Shown here: positions 1 to 12,265 of the stretch, piece after piece
Position numbering within the stretch: position 1 is the stretch's first letter
Layout: every line of letters begins with the position of its first letter
Source: Hamiltosporidium tvaerminnensis FI-OER-3-3
Taxonomy: Eukaryota > Fungi > Microsporidia
Assembly: GCA_022605425.2 (NCBI GenBank)
Contig: CM061251.1
Coordinates: 62,001-126,000 of the forward strand
Length of the DNA stretch: 64,000 nt
Direction: 5' to 3'
Notes under the pieces: generated by a model
The model's database searches: none
What the model saw: only the letters and a program-made list of their open reading frames with translations
Told to the model about the DNA's origin: nothing
Position numbers and translations under genes: made by a program

Positions 1-2268
1 ATATTTAAAAGCCACCTCATATCTTTTTTTCGCAATATTTAAATTTTTGCGAATATCAGCATTTATTTGGTGTTATTTGTAAAAAAAAGGTTATTTCCTA
101 TTGTTATAGTTAATTCTGAAGATTAAAATGTTATAATTATTCGGTGATACAAATTTTTGTTCTAAAAATATATTTGCATTGGAATAATCCAAGTTTTATG
201 AATAAATAAGCTTTTCGAATAGATTATTCATATATTTAATTAAAAAAATATACTTTCTTTTGCGTTATTAAATTTTTAAGGTATAAGTTATAAGAATAGT
301 ATATTTTAAAAAGTCGAGATCTGTTGATTGATATAAAAAGTTTTCTCATTAAATTTTCAACCAATTGTATTTGGGTTACAAAATGATATGTATCATTTTA
401 ATCAGTAAATATTAGGATAATAATTTTATGATTTCGAAAACAGACATGATTATACTTGATGGTATAAAGTCTATTTCTGTTTCGATATCTACAGCTCACA
501 AATAAATTAAATTAAAGTCTTTAAAAGAATAAAGAGTGTCTATATATACTTTTCTTAAATATATATAAGTTACGATCTTCAAAATGAACAAAAAGTCACA
601 CTGTATAAGAAATTTTCGAATAGTGAATGCACGAAAATAAAAAATCTCTTAATTAGAACTGATTTGAAAATTGAAATTATTTACTAGAAATATTTACTTG
701 AATCAGAAGTAAATAAGAAGAAATTTACGGAGGTCGAGAAGGCTTCCCGATTCGATCTGGATCATTTAAACGACAACAAAAGAAAGGTTGATAGGATGGC
801 AAGTTATTTGTGTCTTATCACTGGATCCAATGCATATATAATTTATTATATGGTTTTTGGGATTAAATAATATTTAAATATCATAGGATAAATTTAGAAA
901 GCTCGAGATACCATTATAAATTGAGTTATATGTTTAAGGTATAGCACTAAAAAAACAATAAAACCCAATTTTCTGATTGCGAATCAGTTTTGAGTTAAAA
1001 TCAATTTCGATAAGTGTCAGGAAGAAAATCCAGGATGTAAATTAATATAGTAAGCACATGCACGATCGATATATACATTCATCTTATTATACAGAATTAA
1101 TAAAAATACTATATAAGCAAAAACAATAATCAATTAAGTCCAAAAAGTAGTTAAATTGCCGAGACCAAAGCATAATTTCAATAATAGAAAAAGATTCAAA
1201 TTTAAAAGACATAATCAATATATTAAAGAGAATGTAAGCCAAAGAAAAGCAACCTTAGGTATAAAAATAACTCGATTTTAACAAAGATTTGTGTTAATCT
1301 AATAATGATATATCGAGCTTATTTTTTTCAATTATTTTTTAATTTGCATTTAGCTTTATCAGTGTGTATCTCACCATAGAATATTCTTTATTTATATACG
1401 CAATTCTTTATATGAAAAGTAATTTTTGAGCTACTTCACGAATTTGGCTTATTTCTAAATATTTTAAATAACTTCTTTGATTTTTTGTTATTTATTGAGT
1501 AATATTATGGTTTCTCTCTAGTAGTATTTAGAAATGTTAAATATAGTTTTTATATTTTATTTTTAATTATTATACAAAATATAACAAATGCCATCAAGTA
1601 TATCATTATATATACTTCTATTCTGACTGGTATTAGATGCTTTTGGAATCAAACGGGATAACATGGCTGCGATCTTGTTTTAATTTATTGAATTTTTTGT
1701 TGTTTGAATACAAATTTTATAACAAAGAATCAGTGAATCTGTTAAAAAATTGTATATTCTAAGTTCAAAAATTTTACTGATTGGGCATGCAAATACTGTA
1801 ATTTTTTATTCGATAACCACAATAGTTAATTTATAATTTCAAAAAAATATATTGAACTGTATCTTAGAATTTTGATAGTATTTTTTTATGATGTCACCTC
1901 GGATTTCATTATACCTATAGTGATGATATCTAGACCAAAAAAAACTTATTTGATTTTAAATTTTCTTTCTATCAAGACAATATATGCCTGTCAATAAATT
2001 AAATATATTATACTATACAAATTCATTATCTCAAATTGAGTCTATATGATTTGATATATGCCTCGAAACTCTTCCATATTACTCACATTTTTAAATGAAA
2101 CTTCACATAATTACATAAAAATATATTAATTTAATTATTAGGAAATTAAATTTTTAATTTAATTAATGATTTTAGATCAGCAATTTGTACTTTGGATTTA
2201 AAAAGAACGGAATTAAATAAAATTTTTTATTCCTATAACAATTCGTTAGCTCGAACCCAGATTGTAAG

Positions 2269-4608
2269 ATGAAACATAAATCCTTACTTTACATAATATT
2301 TTCGATTTTCAAAATTAAGGCTTCGAAAATAGGTGATCAATACGAAATTAAAATGCTCTTTCCAGATTTTGATAATACCTTTGCAAAAAAGCAATTGTAT
2401 TACAATAAAGTTCCGAAATTAATTTTTGGAATTTTCAATGAGGCCGATAATACAATTAGAAGATGCTATGGAAAACATAAATTTATCAAAAAGATTTTCA
2501 TCTGTTCGTTACACGAAAAAACTTGTTGTCATATTAGACTATCTCGTCTGAAAATTCTTTATTCTGAATCCTTTTTCTTGAGATCAAAAAAGTTTGATAC
2601 AATTTGTAAGCACAAACATCCGCGTGACTATTTTCTCATCACGAAATATAACGAAATGAGTTTTAAGTATTTCATAAAAATTATACATTATGAAGATGGA
2701 TTAATGAATTGTTTAGATATAAAGAATTTTCTATGTATTCTTCATTGGTCCTATATCATAGATGTACCATTAAATAAAAGATTTGATTGTCTTATAAGAA
2801 GTTGTTTACAACGTCTTCATATTTCAAACCTTAATATTGTAATTGAAGAAATTGAAACTTACAGAAATCGGCTTCCCAGGAAATTTTTCAATTGGATTCT
2901 ACTTCATTCGCTAAGAAACTTCTTTGATATTTTTGGGATATATAGGAAGTTTTTGGAGGTAACCACGTTCGGTGAATGCTTAAATCACCTAAACGCTGAT
3001 ATTTCGTTAAATATAAATTTATTCATAAATGTTTTGGAAAAAATACATAAATTAATTCACAAATTTGGTTTATCCCACCCTCTTACGATTATATTTTATT
3101 TTTGCAACGTAAAAAAAGTATCTTTTAGAAACATTGGTTTTATAAAATCAAATTACATCTCTTTTTTGGAAGATATATTTCAGAAAGATATCTTTGTTAT
3201 AAGAATTTATGACTGTTCACTGTTGAATCTTTTAACAAATCTTTTAAAAATAAAAACATTGAGAAACGCAAAAAAAATTTTTATTGCTGAATCACCAATT
3301 ACCAATGCCTCAATACGCTTATTATCATATTTTATACACTTGGAAATTTTATCATTTAAAATGATTGGAAAAATTTTTAATTTTTCGGATTCTTTAAAAT
3401 ATTTCAGTTATAAATCAAAGAACCTCATGGTTCTAGAAATATATGCCCATCAAATAATTTCAGATTTACAATTTTTAGAATATATTATTGGTTTCAAACA
3501 TCTAAAAATATATATTTCAGAACTTAATTTCGACAATCTAGCTCCGGTATTTTCAAGATCATTTACATCATGTATGCTTCTGACAAATTTGCGACTTCCT
3601 TTCAATAATATTAATTTAAATCAAGCCATAGAAAGAATCTATTTTTACGAAAATCTGCAAAGTATAAGTTTTCAGTCAGTTTTAAGATCAGGTTGTGCAC
3701 ACCGTAACAACGATTTTGAACCGAAATTTATCACAAAATTAAAAACTTTATACTTGACAAATTTTTTTATTGGAAATGATGATTTGTTTATGATTTATAG
3801 TTTTAAAAATCTTAAGAAACTGTCATTTAAAAAATGTAGTTTCAATAGTTCGTATAATCTTCCCAAAGATGGTAATTGCGTAATTTCCATTTGTAAATTT
3901 GAAAATGTTTTGGAATCGTTAGAAATAATTAATTGTGATGAATTTTTGTCTTTTTTTAATTTCGTTTATTCCTTATATAATCTTAAAAAGCTTGTATTAA
4001 ATGCTCCATATATGTCTTTTACAACCGAATTGAATTTTTTGAATCGTTTAAGATTGAGTAATTTAAGTTTATTTCGTATTTCGGAATTGCTTATAGATAA
4101 TTCTGTACTTCAATGTTTATCACTAAATTCAAATCTAACTCATTTATATATATATAATTGTCCAATCAAAAGAAATTATTTCATAGATATGCCTAATTAT
4201 GAAGCTTTTTTTAAAAAATTAGTTCATTTTTCATTTATTTGCTGTGACATAACCATACAAGATACATTCGCTTTGTCACATCTAACTAACTGTGAAACAT
4301 TAGATTTTTCTTTTTCAAGATTCATAAGCTGTTCTATTAGTAATATTTTTAAGAAAGAAAATACTTACAAAGTAAAAAATTTAAATTTAAAATATCTTTT
4401 TCTTTTATATGAAGATTCGACTGCTATAAATAGACTTAAAAATCTTACCTTTTTAAATTTAAGTGACTGTATTTTATATCAAAATACTTTGTGCACATTG
4501 AAGTTTAATGGTTTAAAGAATCTACAAGTTCTTAATCTTTCTGGTATAAATATTCCAAGAAATATTAAAAAAATGTTAAATGAGGAATTCACTATTTTAG
4601 ATTCTTAG
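2269..4608 (+). CDS. Secreted leucine-rich-repeat protein (lineage-expanded microsporidian LRR family)
   Basis: 779-aa ORF with a hydrophobic N-terminus (MKHKSLLYIIFSIFKIKAS). The C-terminal half has repeated LxxLxLxx motifs (LKKLSFKKC, LESLEIINC, LTHLYIYNC, LTFLNLSDC, LQVLNLSG). Confidence 0.85.
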   Translation: MKHKSLLYIIFSIFKIKASKIGDQYEIKMLFPDFDNTFAKKQLYYNKVPKLIFGIFNEADNTIRRCYGKHKFIKKIFICSLHEKTCCHIRLSRLKILYSESFFLRSKKFDTICKHKHPRDYFLITKYNEMSFKYFIKIIHYEDGLMNCLDIKNFLCILHWSYIIDVPLNKRFDCLIRSCLQRLHISNLNIVIEEIETYRNRLPRKFFNWILLHSLRNFFDIFGIYRKFLEVTTFGECLNHLNADISLNINLFINVLEKIHKLIHKFGLSHPLTIIFYFCNVKKVSFRNIGFIKSNYISFLEDIFQKDIFVIRIYDCSLLNLLTNLLKIKTLRNAKKIFIAESPITNASIRLLSYFIHLEILSFKMIGKIFNFSDSLKYFSYKSKNLMVLEIYAHQIISDLQFLEYIIGFKHLKIYISELNFDNLAPVFSRSFTSCMLLTNLRLPFNNINLNQAIERIYFYENLQSISFQSVLRSGCAHRNNDFEPKFITKLKTLYLTNFFIGNDDLFMIYSFKNLKKLSFKKCSFNSSYNLPKDGNCVISICKFENVLESLEIINCDEFLSFFNFVYSLYNLKKLVLNAPYMSFTTELNFLNRLRLSNLSLFRISELLIDNSVLQCLSLNSNLTHLYIYNCPIKRNYFIDMPNYEAFFKKLVHFSFICCDITIQDTFALSHLTNCETLDFSFSRFISCSISNIFKKENTYKVKNLNLKYLFLLYEDSTAINRLKNLTFLNLSDCILYQNTLCTLKFNGLKNLQVLNLSGINIPRNIKKMLNEEFTILDS

Positions 4609-5149
4609 TAAGGTTGGATTTGACTCGAAAAATATGATTTCAATACTATTTTATGGTATTTGATCTATAGTCGTTATATTTTATGTTACTGTATCTCATA
4701 TTCTACTTTAGGAAGATCGAATATTAATTAATTTCCTATAGGTTTTATTTTTTGATTTCATGTTTAGTGATAATATATTTTACAATTACATCTATCTTGG
4801 ATATAAATTTTCGAAAATTTAATCTGATTATGAACAAGATATTTGATTATATTTTTTGTAATGCTCGTCTCATCAAGATAATAACTGCAAATATATAATC
4901 TCAGAAATAAAATATTCATACTGTAATATTTCAATATAGAAATTTCGTTTTCAAGATTTATTTATATTTCAAATATATAAAATAAATTCTATGATTTTAA
5001 GTTTAGTATACAGGAATATTGTTTCTGTAAGTAAAAATATTTTTAAAGCATTTTTATATTATATTTTTTGCTCAATAGATATTAGATCTTTTTAAAAAAT
5101 AGCTAATTAACATTATTTTTAAAAATTAGCGCATTTCAAGGTTTAGCCT

Positions 5150-6450
5150 AAATAAATGCTCTTCCAACACACTTGTGTTTGTCTCAAATACATAAACTCT
5201 CAAGCCCTTCATGCAAGAGTTGTATAGAATCTATTTAATTTAGTTAGTTTGTCGGATTTCGTTGTCTAGAGTATGGTAGCATTTAAAAGCGAACCCTAGA
5301 CTCCCGTAAGCCTAAAGGATTTCCACTTACGCTACTCTTTCTTCTGCAAACTCACCTCCAGCTTATATTTCACTCTCCGATTTAAAATGTGCCAATCCAT
5401 ACGTTAAAATGCCATACCAACAGATATAATTTCCTACTTAGCCTTTCTGACTTTATAAAGGATATGTTTGTTTTAAATTCACAGGCGTCAAATATTCTAG
5501 CCAGAGTGAGTAAGACAAAGTTTCAATTTTTTCGAGTTACATTCACTTTTAATTCAGACATGGGTACAATCTACTTACATAGAACACTATGTACTCAGAA
5601 TTCTGAAATTTTTTTAGTATTTTGTAAATCTTCCTTATACAAATACATGTGGAAAAACCAGAAATATAGTGGGGTTTTGTCTTCCAAACAAAGATTTCCA
5701 CACTAATTTCAACTACTCGTTACTAAGCAAATGGTTTTAAATTTGATTATCGCCTTTATATAAATTGTAAATTCATTGATGCCAATTTAAGGTTTATTGC
5801 TGAATTAAGTTTCTATTTTTAATATTGAATTAAGATTGTATACTTTTACTTAAAACTATAAGAAAGATTATTTTTTGATTTAAAATTAAATTTCAATTAA
5901 ACTGATTTTTTATTAATCCTATTTCACGTGTTTTATTACCCAATTTCTTGCTTTTCACTCAAGATATAATATTCGATTTCTTGATGGGTTTTGAATCAAT
6001 ACCTCATTTTAGGCCATTTTGTCCGAAGATAAAACATATCACTAATTTTATGTTTTCTAGTTCTGTATCTACTTCCTAATAACGAATACAGCATTTAGGT
6101 GTGAATATTGGTGTATTATTTTTTTATTTGGCATTTGGCATGTCTTTTCTGCGCTCTAGTTAGCAGTTTGCCTTGACTCTTATTCTCTTTTTCATCATAT
6201 AATGAAAAGTTTTTATTCTTATTAAAAGCCCTATCAAATAGATCCATGACTCTTTCTTACCAGTTTTTAACTTCTTAAGTTACATCAGATAGTATTTAGT
6301 AATGATATCATTTCAAATTATTCTCATGAAATCATTTCTAAGCTAAAGATAAATATGGCTTAATTCAGTTAGCAAGCAGTCTAAATTTTTGGTTTTACAT
6401 TTCAAAAATTCGAAGTGAATTCGTGAAGTAAGTTTGATTAAAATGGCGTA
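5150..6450 (-). mobile_element. Possible highly decayed Ty3/gypsy LTR-retrotransposon relic
   Basis: Minus-strand fragments: a degenerate zinc-knuckle-like VICFIFGQNG (~6015-6045), an integrase C-terminal-like IYKILKK...IVFYVSRLYPC (~5555-5630) and a purine tract GGAGAGTG (~5371-5378). No intact ORF. Confidence 0.3.
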
Positions 6451-7290
6451 TCTCATTTAATTTTATATCTAAGATAAATATATTAAAAAAAATAACTTTT
6501 AATTTTGATATAATTTTTTATTTTGGTATTTTCTCTTGGTAACAGATATATATTTTAAGAATTATTTGAACACGTTACTTTTAAGTTATTTTGAAACGCA
6601 AATTAGTATTAAATTTAAGAAGTATATGCAAAGACTAAAACAACACATTTGATCCATGGTTTAGTCATGTCAAAACATTTTTTTACCTCAAAATTGCTAG
6701 ATATAGTTCCACTTGTTAGAGCCTTATAAATATTTGCAATAGTGGAATTATTTATATTTTTAAAGAAAGTATTTTCTTATATTTTTATTTGAAATAATGA
6801 TTCTACTAGTATAATTTTCTTTTTTGACTAAATGAGCAATTTCTTTAAAAAAAATCATTTGAGTTTTTTAAAAGAATATTAGAACTATAACTGATAATGA
6901 TCTGATTTATTTCTATCGGTGTTTTAAACATATAGCCAATTGACATGTTGATTTAACATGCTAAAAAATATATTACAAAATTAAGATTATATGATAGTGA
7001 CTAATCGCTTTATTTAATTTTATATTTATTTATTAAATAGTTCTAGTTTTAACCAATTTTAATGTTCGTAATTTGGTTAAACAGGTGAAAAAAATAATTT
7101 AAATGATAGAAAATTTCTTTATCCAGAATTTTTAAAATAATTGATCCTCAATCTTTTTTTGGATTATTAAACCCTTTTCGATATCTAAAAAATAGAATAT
7201 TCATTAATATTTTCTCCTTTTCGTTATTTAAAATCAAGGCTTCTTTATTGGTGATAAAAAAGGAGATAAAATATAAAAACATTAAAAAAT

Positions 7291-7299
7291 AAATTCCCC
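7291..7299 (+). promoter_or_regulatory. Microsporidian-type AAATT/CCC motif abutting the start codon
   Basis: AAATTCCCC immediately precedes the ATG at 7300. Similar CCC motifs lie upstream of TBP (GGG at 20770-20772 on +) and RPA1 (CAACCCTCTTATG). Confidence 0.6.
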
Positions 7300-8070
7300 A
7301 TGCAAGGAAGTCCGGGTAAAAGTAAATCACCCAAAAAAGAATATAAAGAATATACATCTAGTGACAACAAAATAGAAAATGACGATAGTTTCTATAAGAC
7401 GGATATTATATGTGAAATATGTCAAGGAAATGGCGAGCTAAGAATTGCAACTTTAGATACACCTGGTGAACCAAAACAAAAAATTACAACATTTGAATGT
7501 AGAGTCTGTAATGCAAGAGAAAGTACAATATTCAATATGCAAAAAGATGATAGAGAAGGATATTTAGTTGTATCTTGCAATTTCTCTAATAAAGATGATT
7601 TAGGAAGATACATCCTGCTACAAAAATATTCAACCGTAAATTTTTATAAAAAAGAACTTTCTTACGAATACGTATCTGCATCTGATGTAGTAACTACGGT
7701 TGAAAATCTTATAGAACAGGCTGCAGATGAAATAGCCGATACATATGGTGTACCAAGAAGGCAAGATATTGTGAACAAGAAACCCAAAGACGTTACATCA
7801 TCAGGTGAGGTTTTGGGAATAAAAAATACTGAATCCGGAAGTACCTCGTCAGTTGGTACTCTTGAAAGTAAGGAACAGGCAAAGCATGCTATTTACTTGT
7901 TGGACGATCTTATAAAAAACCCACAATTCAAGATGGTAATTAAAGATTCTTCGTGTCAATCAAGAATATGTCCTGTCAACAAAACAGTTTCCCAGTGCAG
8001 TTACGAGGATTTAAAAACATTTGATGATGAAAATGTTGAACATAAAAAGTACTATGAAAAATATCAGTAA
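7300..8070 (+). CDS. ZPR1: ZPR1-type zinc finger protein (single ZnF + A/B module)
   Basis: C4 finger CEIC...FECRVC followed by DDLGRYIL, TTVENLI and FKMVIKDSSCQSRI, matching ZPR1 motifs DLxRxV, TTVEGLL and FxxxxxDPxGNSxI. Confidence 0.8.
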   Translation: MQGSPGKSKSPKKEYKEYTSSDNKIENDDSFYKTDIICEICQGNGELRIATLDTPGEPKQKITTFECRVCNARESTIFNMQKDDREGYLVVSCNFSNKDDLGRYILLQKYSTVNFYKKELSYEYVSASDVVTTVENLIEQAADEIADTYGVPRRQDIVNKKPKDVTSSGEVLGIKNTESGSTSSVGTLESKEQAKHAIYLLDDLIKNPQFKMVIKDSSCQSRICPVNKTVSQCSYEDLKTFDDENVEHKKYYEKYQ

Positions 8071-9095
8071 AGTTTGGTTTTAGCATTTATTATTTTATAG
8101 CTTACAAATCAGTTTTTTAATTATTTTTTTAGTTAGAATAGCTTTTTACTTCAAATTTATAAGGTAAATTAATAGAGTAGATTTTTAAATATTTTTTTTT
8201 TCGTTTTGGTTTGTAAAATTTTTTAAGTAAGTTTACTTGTTTAAATTTAATAAAGATTCAATTGTGAATGATATTGCAAGTGTCATAAAATATTTTTAAA
8301 CTTGTTTGGAAATATATTCTTTTAATCTGCTCTTACATTTATTATGAGTATTATTCAAATTTACTCATTCTCATAGTCTAATTAACCAGATATTGATTGA
8401 AACAAGCACCAAAGTTATTGAACCTCGGATTGTAGATTAGATCACCTAAATTTTAATATTGCTAAAATTAGAAAAATATTCCAATATAAAGACAAGTCTA
8501 GCTAAAATGATGAAAAAAATAAAAAAACGATGTGAAAAATAAACCGGTAGTAAATAAATTGCCACTTTTTTAGACTCTGATATAGTTTTAACAATTTTAA
8601 TTTTTAAAGTAAAAAATCCCATAATCAGTTGGAAAAATAATTGGCTTTGTAAAGCGATGAATAGACCGTGAAATATATACTGAGTAATTAAAATTTTTCT
8701 AAATATATTTCAGAAGTCTTTCGTTGATATGATTTTAAACATTTGATAAATAAATCCATTAGATTGTATGTTTCAAGATCATATGTAAGGAATAATTCAA
8801 TGTATTTATTCATATAATTTGATTAATTATCACTTAATGAAAAATATTTCACTAAGTGTTTCATAATTAATCAAATAAAATTATCGCTTTGCAACAAAAA
8901 TTAGATTAAAATTAATTTAATTTAATCAAATACATTCTTTTATAGTATATTAAAGGGTGTGAATATCTTGTTTTAGATTTCAATTTATATTCATATCGGT
9001 AAAAGCATCTGTCAAACATGATTTATTTCTTATCGATGATGTAAAAAATTTAGTTTCAAAATGAAACGTTTTTAAATCCATTTTCATTGATATTC

Positions 9096-10334
9096 ATGGA
9101 TGAGTTCGCTTTAATAATCTGTTTGTTGTCTTTTTTTGTTCTAGTGTATGGTTTAATAAGTAACTACGTAGCGAATAGTCTTTATATACCCGAACCTCTT
9201 GTGTCTCTTATTTTTGGGGCGATAATCGGGCCATGTTGCCTAAATTTGTTGAATATAGGATACATTGATTCAAAAATAGTAATGTATCACTTTAGTCGAG
9301 CAGTATTGTGCATACAGATAATGACAGCAGCTATGTCATTGCCTAGAGGATATGTTCTGAAGAAAGCAAAATCTTTATGTATAATTGTCATATTAATATC
9401 AATTTTAGAATGGTTGATTACATCTGTGATTGTATATATTTTTTCGTATTATAATTTGGGTGTTTCATTGGCAATATCTGCTTGTTTAACCCCAACCGAT
9501 CCGGTATTATCTAATTCGATTGTGAAAAGCAAATTTTCACAAGAAAATGTAGCCCCTCGATTAAAAAATTTAATAATTGGTGAGAGTGGAATTAACGATG
9601 GATTTGGTTTAATTATACTTTATATATCTCTTGGTTTTATTATTAGAAACCAAAATACAATCAGTAAAATATGTATTTTAATATTAAAAGGAACTATTTT
9701 ATCTGCCATATCTGGTATATTAATAGGATATGTTTCAAGAAAAGCTCTAAAACTTTGTTATACTTATCATTTGGTTGGTACAGAAAACTTTTTGATCTAT
9801 GGAATAGCTCTAACATTTTTTTCTGTAGGAATGATGGATTTAGTGGGTGGAAGTGAGATGGTATGTGTTTTTTTTACAGGAACTGCATTCTCATGGGATG
9901 AATGGTTTATTTTAGAAACAAGGGAATCAAGATTGCAAGAAGTGATTGATAGTTTATTTAGCTCAACGTTCTTTGTATTTTTTGGATCTAGAATTGATTT
10001 TTCTCGGTTTTCGTTTAATATTCTAATCGGATCTTTAGTCATATTACTTTTAAGAAGACCACCAGTTTTCTATATATTTAGAAGATTTATACCCGAAATC
10101 AGAAATAGAAAAGAGGCACTTTTTATAGGATGGTTTGGTCCGATTGGAATCGGAGCACTTTTTTATTCCCTGACACTTGATAAATTAATTGGAACGGTTA
10201 CTATAGATTATGTATCTATTGTAGTATTATGCAGTGCTATTTTACACGGGCTTACAGTTCCTTTGATAAAATATACGATAACAAAAATAGAATACGATTC
10301 AACTGAAAATTTAATAAATCGAATGATTTTTTAA
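9096..10334 (+). CDS. NHA1: Na+(K+)/H+ antiporter, fungal Nha1/Sod2 type (CPA1)
   Basis: Multi-pass hydrophobic ORF with TPTDPVL, ESGINDG, LLLRRPP and GWFGPIGIGA motifs. First ATG is at 9096 (the ORF track starts at TTG 9087). Confidence 0.92.
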   Translation: MDEFALIICLLSFFVLVYGLISNYVANSLYIPEPLVSLIFGAIIGPCCLNLLNIGYIDSKIVMYHFSRAVLCIQIMTAAMSLPRGYVLKKAKSLCIIVILISILEWLITSVIVYIFSYYNLGVSLAISACLTPTDPVLSNSIVKSKFSQENVAPRLKNLIIGESGINDGFGLIILYISLGFIIRNQNTISKICILILKGTILSAISGILIGYVSRKALKLCYTYHLVGTENFLIYGIALTFFSVGMMDLVGGSEMVCVFFTGTAFSWDEWFILETRESRLQEVIDSLFSSTFFVFFGSRIDFSRFSFNILIGSLVILLLRRPPVFYIFRRFIPEIRNRKEALFIGWFGPIGIGALFYSLTLDKLIGTVTIDYVSIVVLCSAILHGLTVPLIKYTITKIEYDSTENLINRMIF

Positions 10335-10912
10335 TTTAATTCTAGAAATAAAAATGATTACTTTCATTTTTTCTTGGATTTAATTTTTGCCAAAAAAACT
10401 TTATATTTAGTTGAGCTGTTACCCCTCTACAATACTGTAGCTTATTTTTTTTGTTCTTTTAAACCATAGAAAAAATCATAAAATAATACAAATACCCATA
10501 AATATAGAAGCATACATTCAGTCGATAGTACTCAAAAATACATTTTAAATAATTTCTTTTGATCATTGAAGAGGATTTGTCTCGGGTCAACATATTAACA
10601 AGTTGAGAAAGCATAGATGTGTGTTTTATAACAGACAAATGTATAGAACAATCAATGCTACTAAGATACAAGAAAGTAACGAGCTTGGCGGTGTTAATGT
10701 GTAAAGATATAAAAAATTTATCTGTTTAATTTACATGATTAATTCATATTTAAAGGTACGGAACTAAACATAATAAATTTTCCGATATAAATATTCAGAT
10801 ATAAGATTAATCGGTGTAAGACAATATATTATAGAGCGGAAATTTATTTTTACAGATAATTTAAATAAATAGTAATTCTCGTATTAATTTTCCTTCTTAA
10901 ATTCATTTATTT

Positions 10913-11176
10913 TTATATATCAACTATTATCGGTTTCGTTCGATATTTTATTTCCTCTTTTTGGGTCAAAGCCCCCCAATCAGGAATCAGTAATGGAATA
11001 CCAAAAAAAAGAGTTAGAAAAATTAATATTAAACATAAAAAAAGCAATAGAACGATATGAAGGCCGAGGTAGAACGGATGGAGGAATGGTTTGGTCGGAA
11101 GATTCAATCTACTTTTTAAAAAAGTATGGTCACTTAAAATAAAATGTAAATACGATTTTTTCTCAATTGTATTCAT
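10913..11176 (-). CDS. Small single-pass membrane protein, hypothetical
   Basis: 87-aa ATG-initiated ORF, GC-richer than its flanks, with one long hydrophobic segment (LGLHIVLLLFLCLILIFLTLFFGIPLLI). Confidence 0.5.
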   Translation of the reverse strand: MNTIEKKSYLHFILSDHTFLKSRLNLPTKPFLHPFYLGLHIVLLLFLCLILIFLTLFFGIPLLIPDWGALTQKEEIKYRTKPIIVDI

Positions 11177-11737
11177 TTTTTATATATTTATTTGTTTTTT
11201 AAAATTCCTATTCGATTTTTGTTCATAAAAATATATTCAAGGATTCTTATTTTTATACAAATCTTCATAAAAATTTGTGTATTTATTCTAAACCAAACTC
11301 GAGAATTTTTCTGCTAAGTATCATTTACTAAATATAAATCGAATTTTGAATAGTTTGTAAATATAATTTAAGAATTTTCTTCAAGTATGTTAATAAATAC
11401 CTAAAACGAAAAATTTTGACTTAAAATTATTTAAATACGCGTCTAAAAGTTACTTTTTTCATTCGAAATGAACAAATCTTGATTGAATAAATAATATATC
11501 TTTCGGCCTTTTCTTTCCACACCTTTGAGAAAACAATAAAAGGATGAATTGACGTTTCGCCACCTGATTTAAGTGTTTTCCACCTTTTACTGTGGAATAT
11601 TGTATTTTTCCAACTAAATCTCCGTTGTTCGAAAAATAAAAATATGATAAACCAGGTAAGACGAACCCACACCTTTTATAAATAATTAACTTAAACCAAA
11701 AATTAAAAGATTTCTTTAAAAAAGCTTTAATTTTATT

Positions 11738-12265
11738 TTATTTAGTATGACTAGATCTTATTGAATAAATTAAATCAAAAAACGCATATAATACTGTAGA
11801 TATTAAAAAAATGAAGCTTGATTCGAATAAACCAAGTTTTTTTCTGGTTTTTGTCATCCAATAAGATATTAAAATCAATATCAGAATGGCTTGATAGATT
11901 ATCAAGATATTAGAAATACGAGCATAATGTAAATATTTGAGATTTATCAATTCTATTAAAACAAAAATATATGAAAAATATAAAATCTTACTCAGATATA
12001 AATTGAACCACGATACTACTTCATCTGAAAAACTGGAATTTTCTGGCGGTGCCAAAATTCCTGTATTTCTAGGTTGTAATCCTGATTCTAAATTGATTCC
12101 AATTGCTCCCGAGGAAATAACTGATTGTCCCTGAGTGAATCTATTGTTGGCTCTGCCTGTATCTAAAGTTGTTGTTGTTGCCGGTGTGTCACCACATACT
12201 TGTTCATATGTAGGTAAACTATTTTCACTTTCTCTAAATTGTTGATTCATACTTGAAAAGAACAT
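11738..12265 (-). CDS. PY-motif (LPTY) protein with three C-terminal TM helices; Bsd2/NDFIP-like architecture
   Basis: 175 aa. Polar N-terminus containing SLPTYEQV, then three hydrophobic segments. Confidence 0.65.
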   Translation of the reverse strand: MFFSSMNQQFRESENSLPTYEQVCGDTPATTTTLDTGRANNRFTQGQSVISSGAIGINLESGLQPRNTGILAPPENSSFSDEVVSWFNLYLSKILYFSYIFVLIELINLKYLHYARISNILIIYQAILILILISYWMTKTRKKLGLFESSFIFLISTVLYAFFDLIYSIRSSHTK

